Assembly (NCBI GenBank): GCA_001938485.1
Contig: MQRK01246750.1
Coordinates: 1-64,000, forward strand
Direction of reading: 5' to 3'
Source of the DNA: Girardia tigrina
Lineage: Eukaryota
Length of the DNA stretch: 64,000 bases
The notes below the pieces were generated by a model. The model made no database searches. It was not told the DNA's origin and saw only the letters and a list, made by a program, of their open reading frames with translations. Position numbers and translations under genes: made by a program. This document shows positions 24,889-38,036 of this stretch, piece after piece. Positions within the stretch are counted from its first letter, which is position 1, and every line of letters starts with the position of its first letter.

Positions 24889-27649
24889 TAATAATAAAAT
24901 AATCCATTGTTATAAATTTATATAATGTATATATTCAGTTTAGGAAGTTTATCAATCTAATATTTTTAATTCGATAAAATGTATTAAAAAGTTTAATTAT
25001 AAATGAATACAAACAATGTTGTAAGCAAAATTAGTAACTGAACTTTATCGCAACGTCGTGCATAGAAACAAGTAACCTATTGTTCGCCATGTCGCCAATG
25101 AACAGAAAAGAGAAAGAGTCTTTCACGCAAGACTAAATTACCTATATAATTACAGTTATGTTATGTAAATGTTATATTCTAATATAAAAACTAGAAAATG
25201 ATATGTAATAAATAATAAAATATGATTTACCAGTCAGATAATCTTGTGTTATCTAGAGCAATTATCGACAAATTTTAAAATTGTCAATTGGAAAGTGTGA
25301 CGAAACTTCTTTAAAAGCCGATCACAATGAGCTCCGGCTGGAAAAAAGACACTTTGATACGCATATTTAACTGGCTATGAAATGGAAACATTGACAGTCA
25401 CTATGATTTATAGATGGATAAGACAGATTTGAACGAATTTCAGGAACGGAGTTAGGCAAATAGATATTATAAATAAGTAAATAGATTGCGTCAATACAAT
25501 AGGAAATATTAAATATATTACAAATTGATACAAATTAAAAGAACGAAGCCAATGTTTAAATTATTCAATTCAACAAAAAATAACAATATTCTAAAACTAA
25601 ATAAGAAAAGAATTCCAAAAAAATAAAATAAAACAATTGATAGTTTAATTAATAGAGAATTTCAAGAATTTTTTTTGTATTTTGTTGTTGTCTTTCCTTC
25701 ACTAATATTTTGGAATATTAGAATATTTGAGACACTTCTCACAATCTCCAATTGAATATTCAGAAACACGGACCATATGTAGGAGGAAGTAATCTTGTAG
25801 AATAGTATGTGCTACATAGAGTATTTAAAGAGATTTCTAAAATTTACTTTTATTTATTAAACATTGAATAATGGTAGCGACCCAAACAGCAAAGGAGAAA
25901 ACAGCGAAATAACAAAAATAACAAACAATACAAAATAATTTTGTTAAAGTTTTTTTAAGAAATCGATTATTGAACATGTTTCGGAATCACGCTAATCGAA
26001 AATTCTCAATAAGCTGGTTGATACTGTCGATTGAACATTAATTTTAGGGCAACGTGACCTAATTAACATACGCTGCCCTAAAATTATGTTCAATCGGCAG
26101 TCTCAACCAGCTTATTGAGACTTTTCGATTAGCATGATTTCATGCAATCGATCACTTTTTTTAATCGATTCGTTATTTTTGTATTTATATGCAGGTGAAT
26201 TAATTATTAATTAGTGACCTGAAGATGACAGTTAATCCATGCATATATATTGTCTATAACATTGAATATATTTTTAAACTAGAAAAAGACCCGTTAAATA
26301 CAACGGAAGAGTTGAACTTTCAAAGAAGAAAATTTAGCTCTTCCGTCATAGATTATGGGTCTTTTTCTAGTAATAAAATAATTATAATAAAGCACACACA
26401 CATATTTGTAAAAATTTTATTTTTGTGTTTGTATGTAATAATATTCATAGAAATTTTCATTGATCATTTTTATAACCGTAAATCATATTTTTAAATTTTA
26501 AACACACACAATTTTATTTACTTACACACTCACACACACATACAAACACACATAGACATAATTTATGCTTTATGTAATAAAACATACACACATATTGAGT
26601 GTTACGCAGATGAAACTTTGGGCATCTATATATATATAATGGATAACTTTTGTTATTCATAAAAATAAATATATATTATATATATATAATATATATTTAT
26701 TTNNNNNNNNNNNNNNNNNNNNNNNNNNNNNNNNNNNNNNNNNNNNNNNNNNTAAAAATAAATATATATTATATATATATAATATATATTTATTTTTATG
26801 AATAACAAAAGTTATCCATTATATATATATATATAGATCCCTTATATATATATAAGAAGATTAATAAATAAATGACTAATTTCAAAATGAAATTATTGAA
26901 AATGTTTTTTTAACAATTTTATATCGCAAAGAAAAGAGTCTATATTCCTATTTGTTTATTTTTTTAACACTCAGTTATAAATAATATCCAGAAACAATAG
27001 AAGTATTAAAAGGAATTTTTTGTTTGAATTCATCTTAAAGTTGGGAATCACGAAGACATGCCAAACTAAATTACAAAACAAAACATTATTGCTAAATTAT
27101 ATTTTTTTTTAAAAATCGTTCTTTATTGATACCAATAGAGAAAATAATTCTGACAAAAATGAAATGATTTATTTGTTTTAATTTGATGTTTTTGATTTTA
27201 AAGAGTTTTTTTCATATTAAAAATAACAAAAAAAACAGAATATTTTTCCCAGTTAAAATTGTTGAATTTTTTTAGAAAATATTGCTGTAAATTATATTTT
27301 TATATTTTTGAATTGAACTTTTAAACAATAAAATTTTTAAAAGATTTTCATAATAAATCTATATCAGAAGTTTTAGTATGCGTCAAGAACATCTTTTTTT
27401 ATACTTTATGAAGTAGCACAAACGAATATTTTTTCCTGGACAAAAAGAAGGAGTTGGAAATATGGGATGTGAATTATTTTCATGGCAAATGTTTTTAAAT
27501 TTTAAGTTTTAATATAGAAAAGTAATACTTAATTTGTTTTTCTAATAATAATAATAATAATAATAACCCGGATAATAAAGTTTTTTCTTAGATTTTTAGT
27601 TGCCAGAAATAAATTCATCAGATTATACTGTAGGAAGTCATTTTACATA

Positions 27650-27812
27650 AATAAAATCCTAAAAACATAATCATAGAATTGTCTCTCTCGAGAAATCTCT
27701 TAAGAAAGCATGGGACAAGTTAAACGGTGCGTATTTTGTCGCCATGGTCGATGAATTTCAGAAATGTCTTGGATCCTGTATCCGCTGTCCATGAAGGTAT
27801 CTTTGAAAAGAG
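27650..27812 (+). mobile_element. Tc1/mariner-superfamily transposase C-terminal fragment
   Basis: SLEKSLKKAWDKLNGAYFVAMVDEFQKCL...GIFE. Confidence 0.5.
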
Positions 27813-27867
27813 TAAAAATATGTTTTTATAATTATGTCAGAAAATAAACTTGTTATATTGGTTTGTA

Positions 27868-28660
27868 TTATTCTATCAAGGTTACTCTTATTTTGATTTC
27901 AATATTTGTTGCTTCAATTATGTTTGAGAGGAATACTTGAGTGTATGAATGTGTGAATGAATAAATGTTGTATGTTGATTCTAGTATCTTGAACATAGAA
28001 TTCTCCATCCAGATGGAAATTGGTCTTGTATGTGGGCCTCCCATCTCTGTAATGGTATTGAGCCTAAGGCTCTTTAGAGGGTCCACCGAAATTAAAGTCC
28101 TTAAGGGCCCCGATAGGCCTCCTACGGGGTCAGTGGCCTTCCGCCTCTGAGCAGTCGGCTTGCCAGTAACGAACGACCAACCATGGAACTTGGTACCATG
28201 GCCGTACATGCCGTTGGCTGTTACGGTGGACGCGTAACAACCGCGAAATGGGCACTTGGATTGTCCCCTTGCAGTCTTGTAATCGGCTGGCAGTTGGTAT
28301 TGTAGGTGCGTCTCTTCGGCATCGTCGTTCGGCTGTATCCTCGGCATACTCACAGTTGCGTCCGGCAACTGAGGATTGGATTGGTTTGATGTCGGCTCTT
28401 CCTCGTTCTCTTCTTCCAAGTTTTCTTCTCTCTGGGCGTTGGATGTTGGTACTTCTTGATGATTCTTCTGAATATGAATCCTTAGGAAACCAGCGGCCTT
28501 GTATTCCCTCAGACAGTGTTGACATTGATATTTTCCTTTCTTCTGACGTGGCTGGGCTTTCTTCTCTCTTTGTTTTCGCGGAATTGGGCCTGCTCCATTG
28601 TGATCTCTTCTGAGATGCCTGTTCCATTCCTTCACTTCTGCATACTGTCTATGTATGTAC
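27868..28660 (-). mobile_element. GC-rich LINE-like 3' fragment encoding two C2H2-type zinc fingers
   Basis: 255-aa ORF with YQCQHCLREYKAAGFLRIHIQKNH and KCPFRGC...GMYGHGTKFH. Sharp GC step at both ends; its 3' tail recurs at about 30941 and 62668. Confidence 0.55.
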
Positions 28661-31231
28661 GGTAATTGACACTTTAAACATAATTAAAATAATAATAACG
28701 AAATGATAACAATCAGATAAGTTAAAAGTTTTGAAATTATTAATTAAAATCAAATTTAATATTTTTAAAAAAGAAAAGTATTTAAATGGTTATAAAATAG
28801 ATTAGTGAAATTTAAATATTTTAATTAAAAGATATTTCAAAAAGTTTAGAAAATTTTAAAGTGGTGTTTCTACAATATATTTGTGTCTGAGAAATGTCAC
28901 ATAACGACATCTAAATTTAAATTCATTTTTTACAATTTGATAAAATATTTTTATTTATTTGGATTACATATAGTGAAATGGTTAAAATTATTAATTTTGA
29001 TAAATATTTTTGGAAATTTAAAAATAATAAATATTTTAGAAAGATTTAGATAAAATTGTTCGAATAATTCTTATTATAAAGACAAATAAAACCGATTAGA
29101 ATAATGTCAAACTGTGAAAGATCTTCCGAGAGTTGTGAGGAGTCTAAATTTGATAATAATAAATATTCTCATAATAATTGTCCTAATGCTCTTAACAATG
29201 TTTTTTTTAATAAATAAGATAAACAGATTAATTATGAATTGTTCTCGACAACCTTTATTTAAAGTAGCAATGACTCTCAATTTTAGACGACTTTTAAAGC
29301 TTTAATAGTCGCTCATTATTTGAGACAAAAATATAATATATATATATATATATATATTCGAATTTTCATTATTTTTGGTATACCTTTTATAAATTTTAAG
29401 TTTTTTTTATATTTGCTTGAATATTAAATATATCAAAGAAAATTATTTTTTCTTCATAGAATTTTCAAAAATCAAGCATTTAGAAGCAAAAAGATTAATT
29501 TTCGAAGTAATTTTACAAATATTGATTTAGAGTGGAATAAATAACCAATTTATGGCCGTATGAAAATCTTGTAAAAGAAAAGTAGATATAACTGATGAAG
29601 GAGAGAGGAAAATTAATCAAAATAGAAGGAAAACAACATCTGAATCTTCTTCATAAATTCTTTTCTAATATCAAAGACAATTTCCGACATTTTTATTTTG
29701 ATTCCAAAAGAACTTTATGAGAATAAGCGTTTATAAAAAGTAGTTTATACAATTAACAATAGTCATATGTAGTAACAATAGCCATGAACTTTACCGATCT
29801 TGAAGATTCAAATAACTTTATACAAATTGATTTACATAAGTATAAGTTAAGATAAGTGAATCAGAAACAAATGCAAAAAAATAAATTATATATGAAAAGG
29901 AGAAATTAAAAAGGTTTTTCATTGTTTGTTGTAGACTAATGGATTGGAGATAAGGAATAAAAAGATTATATCTGTTGACATCAATAGGGGTATACATTCT
30001 TTAAAAAGATGTCATGAATGATAATCTTGTCATAAAATGAATAGAAACTGCTATACTAAGTCACTTAAACGCGTCATTCGATAAATTTTTCCTCGGAAAA
30101 ATTTTTGAAAATGTTCTGGAAAACTATGTAATTTTCCTGTTTATTTTGTTCTATTTTAGATTTGAGATTGTCATTACAATAATATAATTTTGTCTGACTA
30201 AACTTTTATCAATTATTTATATTTTTTAAATACTCTTTTCTAAAAAGGAAACTTATTCTAATCAGTCTGATTCAAGATTTACTTCCTGAAAACTTCATTA
30301 TCTTTTAACTGGTTTACTAGAATTTATTCCATAAAAATGTAATGAAACCTCTAATAAATTAAAAATAAACCATCAAATATGATTTTTTTTTAATATTTTT
30401 TATAAATTCATATCAATCCACTTAGAGTAAAAGTAAAATATATTTTATAATACTCGATCATTTTATTATTATATTTTACTAGCTGAAGAATTTGCTGCAC
30501 ATTTCAAAATTCTGATTATAGGTATTTAACGTTATAGCGAATGATCTCAAAGCATAAATGAGTGGCTGATTAAAGGAAATGAGAGCTCAGATTGACTTTG
30601 GCTGCATTACCTGCCCACAAAATTTAGTATTTTGAAATACTACAATCTCATATTTCATTTAGCAGATATTAGGAACATTGAGACAATTCTCATTTCAATT
30701 TTTTTACAATCACATTTAGAGTCATTACAACTCTTACAAGATCGTTCACCGTTTGACATCGCTCTAATTGGTTTTTTTATTTCTATTTTTAATCATGATT
30801 ATTCGAACAATTTTTCTAAATCTTTTTAAAATATTAAATTGTTAAAAATATAAATTAAAAAATAATAATTTAAATCATTTCTGAATAAAAACACAAAATT
30901 ATTAAAAATGAATTTAATTTAAATCTAAATTTAATAAAATACCAATTTCCATCTGGGTGGGAGAATCACCATTCTAAATTCAACATACTTAAATCAACAT
31001 ACAGCATCCATACATTCACACATTCGTACAATTTAAAATATTCCTCGCGCAGACACACAGTAATTCTTCTTTAGATAAAAGATTTATTGGAAAATTTTAA
31101 ACAAATACAATATTACTGTAAAAATAATTACAAAAATAAGAATAAATTAATTTTTAAATAAATTTTAAAAAATTAAAAAATTAAAACGATCTCTGAAATC
31201 TCTTTTGTAGCTTTTCTTTTGTTTAAGTATA

Positions 31232-31800
31232 TATATTATAAAAGCCCAAGTCACTCACTGCTTCACTAACGCTGACGTAATCAAGCGAGATAAAAAAACC
31301 CGAGTGTGTCGGGTAGTATATATATCCGGCACACTATAAATAACCGATACACTGCACACACGACACACACTTTTACGCGCACACAATATTTTAAAAACAC
31401 CTACCTTTATTCTTTTTGATTACATTTTGCACAATCACTATTTGCTATCATTTTATATACCAATTCGAATATTTTATTTAATTTTGATTGTGGAAGAACC
31501 CCGAATGAGGTAGTAATTGCCGTTTCATTGTCTNNATTATTTTTATTTTTTGATTTTGTCTGTTTCATTAATTTCATTCTTTTATTTTATTGAATTAATT
31601 ACGTTAATTGCGGCAATTCTGTTATATAACTTATATATATTTATTTATTAATATACANNNNNNNNNNNNNNNNNNNNNNNNNNNNNNNNNNNNNNNNNNN
31701 NNNNNNNGTGAGGCAGGCAGTGAGTTACTTGGGCTTTTATAATATAAAAAAAATTGAACCCCCGGCAAGAGAGGGCCGCGAAGCGGGCCGAGCGCGCTAG
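31232..31800 (+). mobile_element. Non-autonomous Helitron-like element
   Basis: 3' GC hairpin ggccgcgaagcgggcc followed by CTAG|T; 5' tatattataaaagcccaag. Its first 30 bp recur inverted at 31717-31746. Confidence 0.6.
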
Positions 31801-32389
31801 TATATATATATATATATATATATATAAGTGTGTGTGTTATGTTATGTCTATGTTATACAGTGCGTTTCATTTTACAACATAAAGTGCATATTTAAGAACA
31901 GCACGATAAGCATTTATAATTTTGCAATCGACAGACACTTCGTATAAAAACTGTCATCTACAAGTGATATCTTCCCTTTCGTTGAAAATTCAGTACGTAT
32001 CATTAGGTATCTAAAAAATTTTTAATTTATAATAAAAATTTTTATTAAAAGTTTTAACCAAGAATTTTTAAAAAAATGTCAAAATTTATACCAATTTTGT
32101 GTTAATTAAACTATTATACGAAAACATTTTTATACAAAAAATTATTTATATGAAAAAGTTTTTATACAAAGTGTCTAGGCACCCGATGTTGTTATACTTT
32201 ATGTTTTGATATACCTACATAATATTAGTAAAACATTTTAATATAAATAAAAATAAACAGATTTATTATATAATTATGACATAACATGTCATTTATTTTA
32301 CAAATAACATTTATTTTAATAATATTTAATAAGTATATATTACATTAAGTAATAATAATTATTAATTTACTGAATATTGTGCTTACAGA

Positions 32390-32720
32390 AATTAATACAA
32401 AGAGGACAAATAACGATGAACTACGAAGGGAATACTTATTGGTTTGATAAAGTAATTTTCAACAATACCAAAACGTCATGGCCTTGAGCTAAAACTCTCC
32501 GAAATAAAATGCGATTCATGGGAAGAGTATGCAAATATCTTTAAAATCAGGATGTAGAATTAATCAAGCCCCATGTCAGCCATCTAACTTATCAGGATAA
32601 TGTCAAGGTTTTGTAAATAATGACGCCAGTTAAGAATGATGCAGTACAAATGCAAAACATTCCCGTTCAAATCCATATCAATATACTTGACGCTATTCAA
32701 TTACTATTTATCAGTGCTTA
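32390..32720 (+). mobile_element. Decayed FLYWCH/Mutator-like transposase fragment
   Basis: TKRGQITMNYEGNTYWFDKV..NTKTSW..., FLYWCH-like pattern with stops. Confidence 0.4.
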
Positions 32721-33230
32721 TTTCAGGATTTCTTAACGCATAAAAAGTAATGTTTATCTCAGTTATTGTTTGTGTTTAAAGCATAAAAGTTTTACCTTTT
32801 TAATCTCCACTTTATATCATGGACATAACTTAAAAATAAGTAAATGTTTATGGATTTATCAACTGAAAGTGATCATTATAAATATGGAATCATTGATTCA
32901 TTTCGTGAATTTTCGACGAAAAAAATATACATAATATTTTCTTTCAGAATCATTAACATTTTTTCTCATATACCTTTTTAAATTTTAAATATATTAAATC
33001 GATAAAATAATATAAAAACAATAAGATCGATTCTTAAAATAAAAAAAATATATTATCAAAATAATTTTTTTATTTTATTTTCATTTTCATTTCAAAGATA
33101 AAAAAAATAATACAAAAAATACTGTAAAAATGACAAATATAGTTATTATACATATATAGTCATTATTATTATATTATATTATAGTTATTATTTTTTTGAA
33201 GAAGAAACAAAATCAAAAGAAATAAATTAC

Positions 33231-33558
33231 TTCCTTTTCCTTCTTTTTTAGTTGAACTTTGCATAATTAAATCATCTAAAGTAGATAAAGATTCGGATTG
33301 AGAGTCACTTTGAGCTTCATCATCAATTTTTATGAGATCGGCAGATCGAATCGGTTGAGCAGATTGAGAAGTGGATATTTTCTTTTCGTGGGAAAAAGAA
33401 TTCGTACTTGAATTTTGATTTCTGTTTTCAGTAGAATTATCATCTTCAATTGTTTGATTATATTCGGAATTACTCTTTGTTTCTTCACATTTTTGGTTGA
33501 TTCTATGACAAACGTCAAATGCTTGTCCAACAGTACGCACAATTTTCATCGCTTCCAT
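33231..33558 (-). CDS. NOS1AP: NOS1AP/CAPON-like exon E (MEAMKIVRTVGQAFDVCHRIN... plus Ser/Asn-rich linker)
   Basis: 328-nt exon, cag|...|gtaatt, phase 0/1. Contains the PTB C-terminal helix, equivalent to AMRIVRTVGQAFEVCH. Confidence 0.9.
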
Positions 33559-34218
33559 CTGTAAGCATCATTTATCAATGAGATCAGTAAAAATTCAGTT
33601 TAAAAATAATTTTGATATTTTACGAATGTATAATAACTTTCGCTTAAAAAATCAAAATAAAAAAAGGTTTTAAAAAAACGAATGGTCATTATGAATCAAA
33701 AAAGCTTTTAAATTGTGAGGATTTACCTAACTCATAAATTTTTGAATATTTAAAATAAGCAAATATCCAAAATCAAAAGTTCTTGAAAAGAATTATAATT
33801 AAAAATATCTCTAATTAATTTTAAAAACTAATTATCAAATATATATGTAAATTAATGAAATTTTATTTGCTAAAAACGTAAATTTTAAAACAGATAATTT
33901 TTAAATATTCAACCTATTTAAAAATTTTTTAAGTTTAAAATTATTAAATAAATAAATAATTTTTTAAGAACAGTTGCTTTTTAAAAAAATAAAAGCCAAT
34001 GCAAATAAAAGCCTTCAATCTAAACCTCAACAACATGAATTTGTTGCACGTATTATAATACAAAGTACCTTTTAATAAGGGACTGCAGTGTATTTGGAAT
34101 TTAATGTATATGAAATTGAATAGAGAATATAGAATAGAGGGTTTGTCAATATGCGATAGAAATTTAGAATGTTCGTTGTTAAGGAAGTATTGTAACATCC
34201 AAAAACTGTCATTTAATA

Positions 34219-35519
34219 TTGGGTTGAGGAATAAGTTCCCGCCGTTTTTTGAAAAATTAAAATTTAATTTTTTAACAAAAAAGTTACTACAAATTAATCA
34301 CAAATATAATCTCCGCCATTGTTCACGACTTCTTCCCAATGTTCAACGAGTTTTTCAATGCCTCTTTGGTAGAAATCGCCCGGTCTTGACTCGAAGAATT
34401 CAGCCAACCAAACTTGCAGTTCTCCATCATTGTTGAACGAAACACCACGCAAGCGTTAGAAAGCGAACGCAAAAGATGAAAATCAGATGGAACCAAGTCA
34501 GGTGAATACGGAGGGTGCGGTAACACTTCCCAACCAAGCGTTTGAATGGCTTCTTTTGTCATTCTGGCAATATGAGGACGTGCATTGTCGTGATGCAAAA
34601 TAACGCCATGTTGTCGATCCGGATGTTTTTTGCTTATAGCGGCGTTGAGTCTATGCAGCTGTTGAACATAAAGTTCTACGTTCACTGTTTGGTTTCGAGG
34701 AAGCAATTCATAATTAATAATCCCTTCCCAACCCCAAGAAACGCATAGCATCGTCTTTCGTGGATGAAGATCCTGTTTTGCTCGCGGTGTCGATTGTTCT
34801 TCTCGGCTACACCATTCTTTGCGCTGTTTCATGTTGACGTACAGGCACCACTTTTCATCACCCGTTACAATTCGATAAAGAAATTGTTGCTTATGACCGT
34901 GAGTAGAGCGATGACGGGCAAGCAAACTCGCCGAAATTGTGGATCGCTGGTGTTTGTTGTTTTCGGTCAAAAGATGTGGGACCCAAGCTCCCATTTTTTG
35001 AACTTTTCCCATTGATTTCAGGTGGTTCACGACAGTTTTTTGATCACAATCCATTTGTTCCGCCAATTCTCGAGTGGTTTGACGCGCGTCTTCATGCAAA
35101 AGTTTGTTCAAACGCTCTTCATAGAATTCATTTGGTCATCCTGAACGAGGTGCATCCTTGAGATCAAAATTGCCAATTTTAAATTTTGCGAACCAATCAC
35201 GAGCGGTTCTATCAGCTATAGCACCTTCTCCGTATACAGCACAAAGCTCACGGGTAGCGTCTGCGGCTTTGGCGCCTCGATTATACGCAAACAATAGATG
35301 GTGTCGGAAATGCACATTTTTGTCGACTTGACACTCCATTTCAATAGTCTAAAAATCGACAAAAATTAATCTGAATAAAAAAACAAAATACACCATTTTT
35401 TAGATCAAAACAATAGCTTTCAAATATAACATTACATCAAAAAATTTGATTTAAATATTAAATTGATTAAAAATTGATTAAAAATTCAAAAAACGGGGGG
35501 AACTTATTCCTCAACCTAA
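34219..35519 (-). mobile_element. Near-intact mariner (DD34D)
   Basis: About 35-bp TIR ttgggttgaggaataagttcccgccgttttttgaa with TA flanks, 1.3 kb. Motifs WVPH, TGDEKW, HDNARPH, YSPDLVPSD; one stop (RSG*P) and a late frameshift. Confidence 0.96.
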
Positions 35520-35782
35520 TATCTTGAAAATGATAGAATAGAAAGACCCTTTAGTTTAATAATATTCTAGAAGTATTTTTTAACTACTGAAGTATTTTCT
35601 TCTAACAAATTATAACCTCTAAAAATGTTTTCTCTACCAAAGGATATTCTTTTGAATGATAAAAATTCTCTCACTATTTATTCAGTTTTTTTCCTTAATA
35701 ACTACAAGTTATAATTTATTATTATTTTTAAGTTTTCAATGTTTGTTAAAAAAGAAAATAAATTATATAATATAGAATTTAC

Positions 35783-35891
35783 TTTTCTTAAAGCTTTGAA
35801 TACATTGCATTTAAAATTAGTAGATTTACTATCTCGAGCTATGTAACTGAATATCTTGAGGTCTTGGGAATCATGGGACACGTAAAATATT
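35783..35891 (-). CDS. NOS1AP: NOS1AP/CAPON-like exon D ([37 protein letters not shown])
   Basis: 109-nt exon, phase 2/0. [21 protein letters not shown] is the diagnostic NOS1AP PTB motif. Confidence 0.95.
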
Positions 35892-35936
35892 CTATATTTT
35901 AAAAGATAAAATATATAAAAATCGATTGAAAAGTAC

Positions 35937-36052
35937 CTGTAAATAGGATGATGCATTAAGAGCAAACCGGTCATTGATATATTTGTTGGTGGATCGGAAG
36001 ACGGACCATTGAGAAGATTAAAACTTTGTGACAACCTTAGCTTGATTGGAGT
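35937..36052 (-). CDS. NOS1AP: NOS1AP/CAPON-like exon C ([10 protein letters not shown]...[10 protein letters not shown])
   Basis: 116-nt exon, tag|...|gtactt, phase 0/2. Ends LLMHHPIYR, equivalent to LVMQDPIYR. Confidence 0.85.
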
Positions 36053-37379
36053 CTATTATTTATTTGTAAAAAATTAATTAGGTATATGACAATACGGAAT
36101 TCATTAATAATAAACTTCCGTCTTTTCATTATTGTCGACGTTAAGTTAATTTTAACAGAATTAAAAAACTAAAATTATTTATTGATAATTTATTTCTTGT
36201 TTTTTTAATATTTATGAGAATATTAACTGTCAACGTAATTGCAATTTTGATCCAAAGAGGTAACCAAACTTTATCAATTAAAAATAATAAATTTAATCTA
36301 ACATTGTAACTTGAATTTGTTATTCTTCTGGTTATTTATTTGAAAATATAAACAAACTAAAAATAAACTTGTAAATGATAAATATTGATTGTCTGTTGTA
36401 GGAATTTATTTTGTGTTTGTGTTTGATAAATGTTTTGTAATGTTTTTTTTCTGTATGTTGAAATGCGCACTCTTACCAATAATCGATATTAGCAAACTAT
36501 CTAAGAAAATTAATTACCAAATTAAATAATATTAAATTGATATAAAAAATGGTTTGTTTTAATATTGATTATTGCGCAGTTTTTGAAATGTGTACCCAAA
36601 AGTCACTGACGGATTTTTTTAAGAATAAATGTATTTCATCTCACTCTAGTGTTCTTAATAAAAGTAATAAAAATGCTTATATAAATTAAATTTAATGGTT
36701 TAAATAAAATTGTTTAATTATGAAATTTCTATGATAAATATTTTAGAACAAAATTAATTTAGTTTATTTTTAGTTTAAAAATGAAATAAAAATGTTTTTC
36801 AAAACAATTTATAAATAAATAAATAAATTGGTAAAATAATTTGTTTTTAATTTAATCCATTAAGCTCTCAAATATTATACAGGATATTTAGAAGATTTCC
36901 AATTATTTATAATTATTTTTTTATATTTTACCGGCATGCATTTAAATTATATTTTATTTGTTAAAGAATTTGAATTCACAGATGAATAAAATTTTTTTTG
37001 AAAAAAATTAAGAATTATAAATTCAAAATAAGGTGAATTGCATTTTTTTGACAGGAAAGACGTAACCATCCCCCATATTGGGGACCCAAAACAGAGGGTT
37101 CCCCTGATCCATATCGATAACTATTTTATCTTTTCTTTTCATATGAGTTTTTTTGATTCATAATATATTTTGATCATAAAAAATTTATTTATTAAGAGTA
37201 AGAATTTGTTTTTTCCTTTTAATGCAGCCAAAAAGGCATTTTTCAATGAAATTAGTGTGCAGATTAATCAAAATAATATTCATAGCTAGAAATTGCTTCT
37301 AACCTCTTGCAATTTTTGAATTTTATCATTAGAAAATATCTCAACTTTTGAGGTTATACCTTTTTTTATTTTATTTTAT

Positions 37380-38036
37380 TTTTTTCTCTGAAAGAGAACT
37401 GGTTAACTACGGAACAATGCAACATCTGTTGATAAAAACAGTTATCAGTAGGACAAATTACAGGAAAATATGTTCAATGGAATATTATTATATCATATGA
37501 GTATTTCCGATTATTTTTGTACGATTTTCACTAAATTAGGATGAGAGTTTTTATGTAGAAGACTAGCTTTATCATATTCTTGCTCGAATATTGATTTTTC
37601 CTCTTAATTTCCATCTCAACTAACGTCTGTTTAGGATCTTCTTCGACAACAATACGAAGAGTTTCATCATACACAGCTGATCTAAGCCTGGCCCATGTTC
37701 ATTTTTTAAGATGAAATTATGGCTTCTAAATTTCTTTTAAATTTTACTTCTACTTATTCAACGCTCCAGGATAAATCTTATAGATTCTTCTTACTGCATT
37801 CGAAGCATTTTTTCCTTTTTGAGAGCATACAATGTCGCAAAAGCTCTTCTTCCACAATTTTCACTGCAATTTTTGTATTGCATAAGATAATTTTATGGTT
37901 CTTGTCAAAAATTAAAGAAGAGTTGCTAAAATAACAAAAATGTATCAAACAAAAAATGTGTTTCAAAAATTAGAAGGTCTGCAGTTAGTTGCAGTCAGTA
38001 CACAAAAATCCGATATCCAATGTGAAATGACCTAAT
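37380..38036 (-). mobile_element. Old decayed mariner 5' fragment
   Basis: Remnants such as ENEHGPGL..AVYDETLRIVVEEDPKQT; terminal gaaatgacctaata is TIR-like. Confidence 0.5.

Noticed and set aside
25231-25337. Exon-like segment on the minus strand (ttttttccag...gtaaat)
   Set aside because: Stops in all three frames, and exons E and F already join in phase.
28130-28627. Alternative-frame and antisense ORFs over the zinc-finger block and other transposons
   Set aside because: Expected shadow ORFs of locally GC-rich coding sequence.
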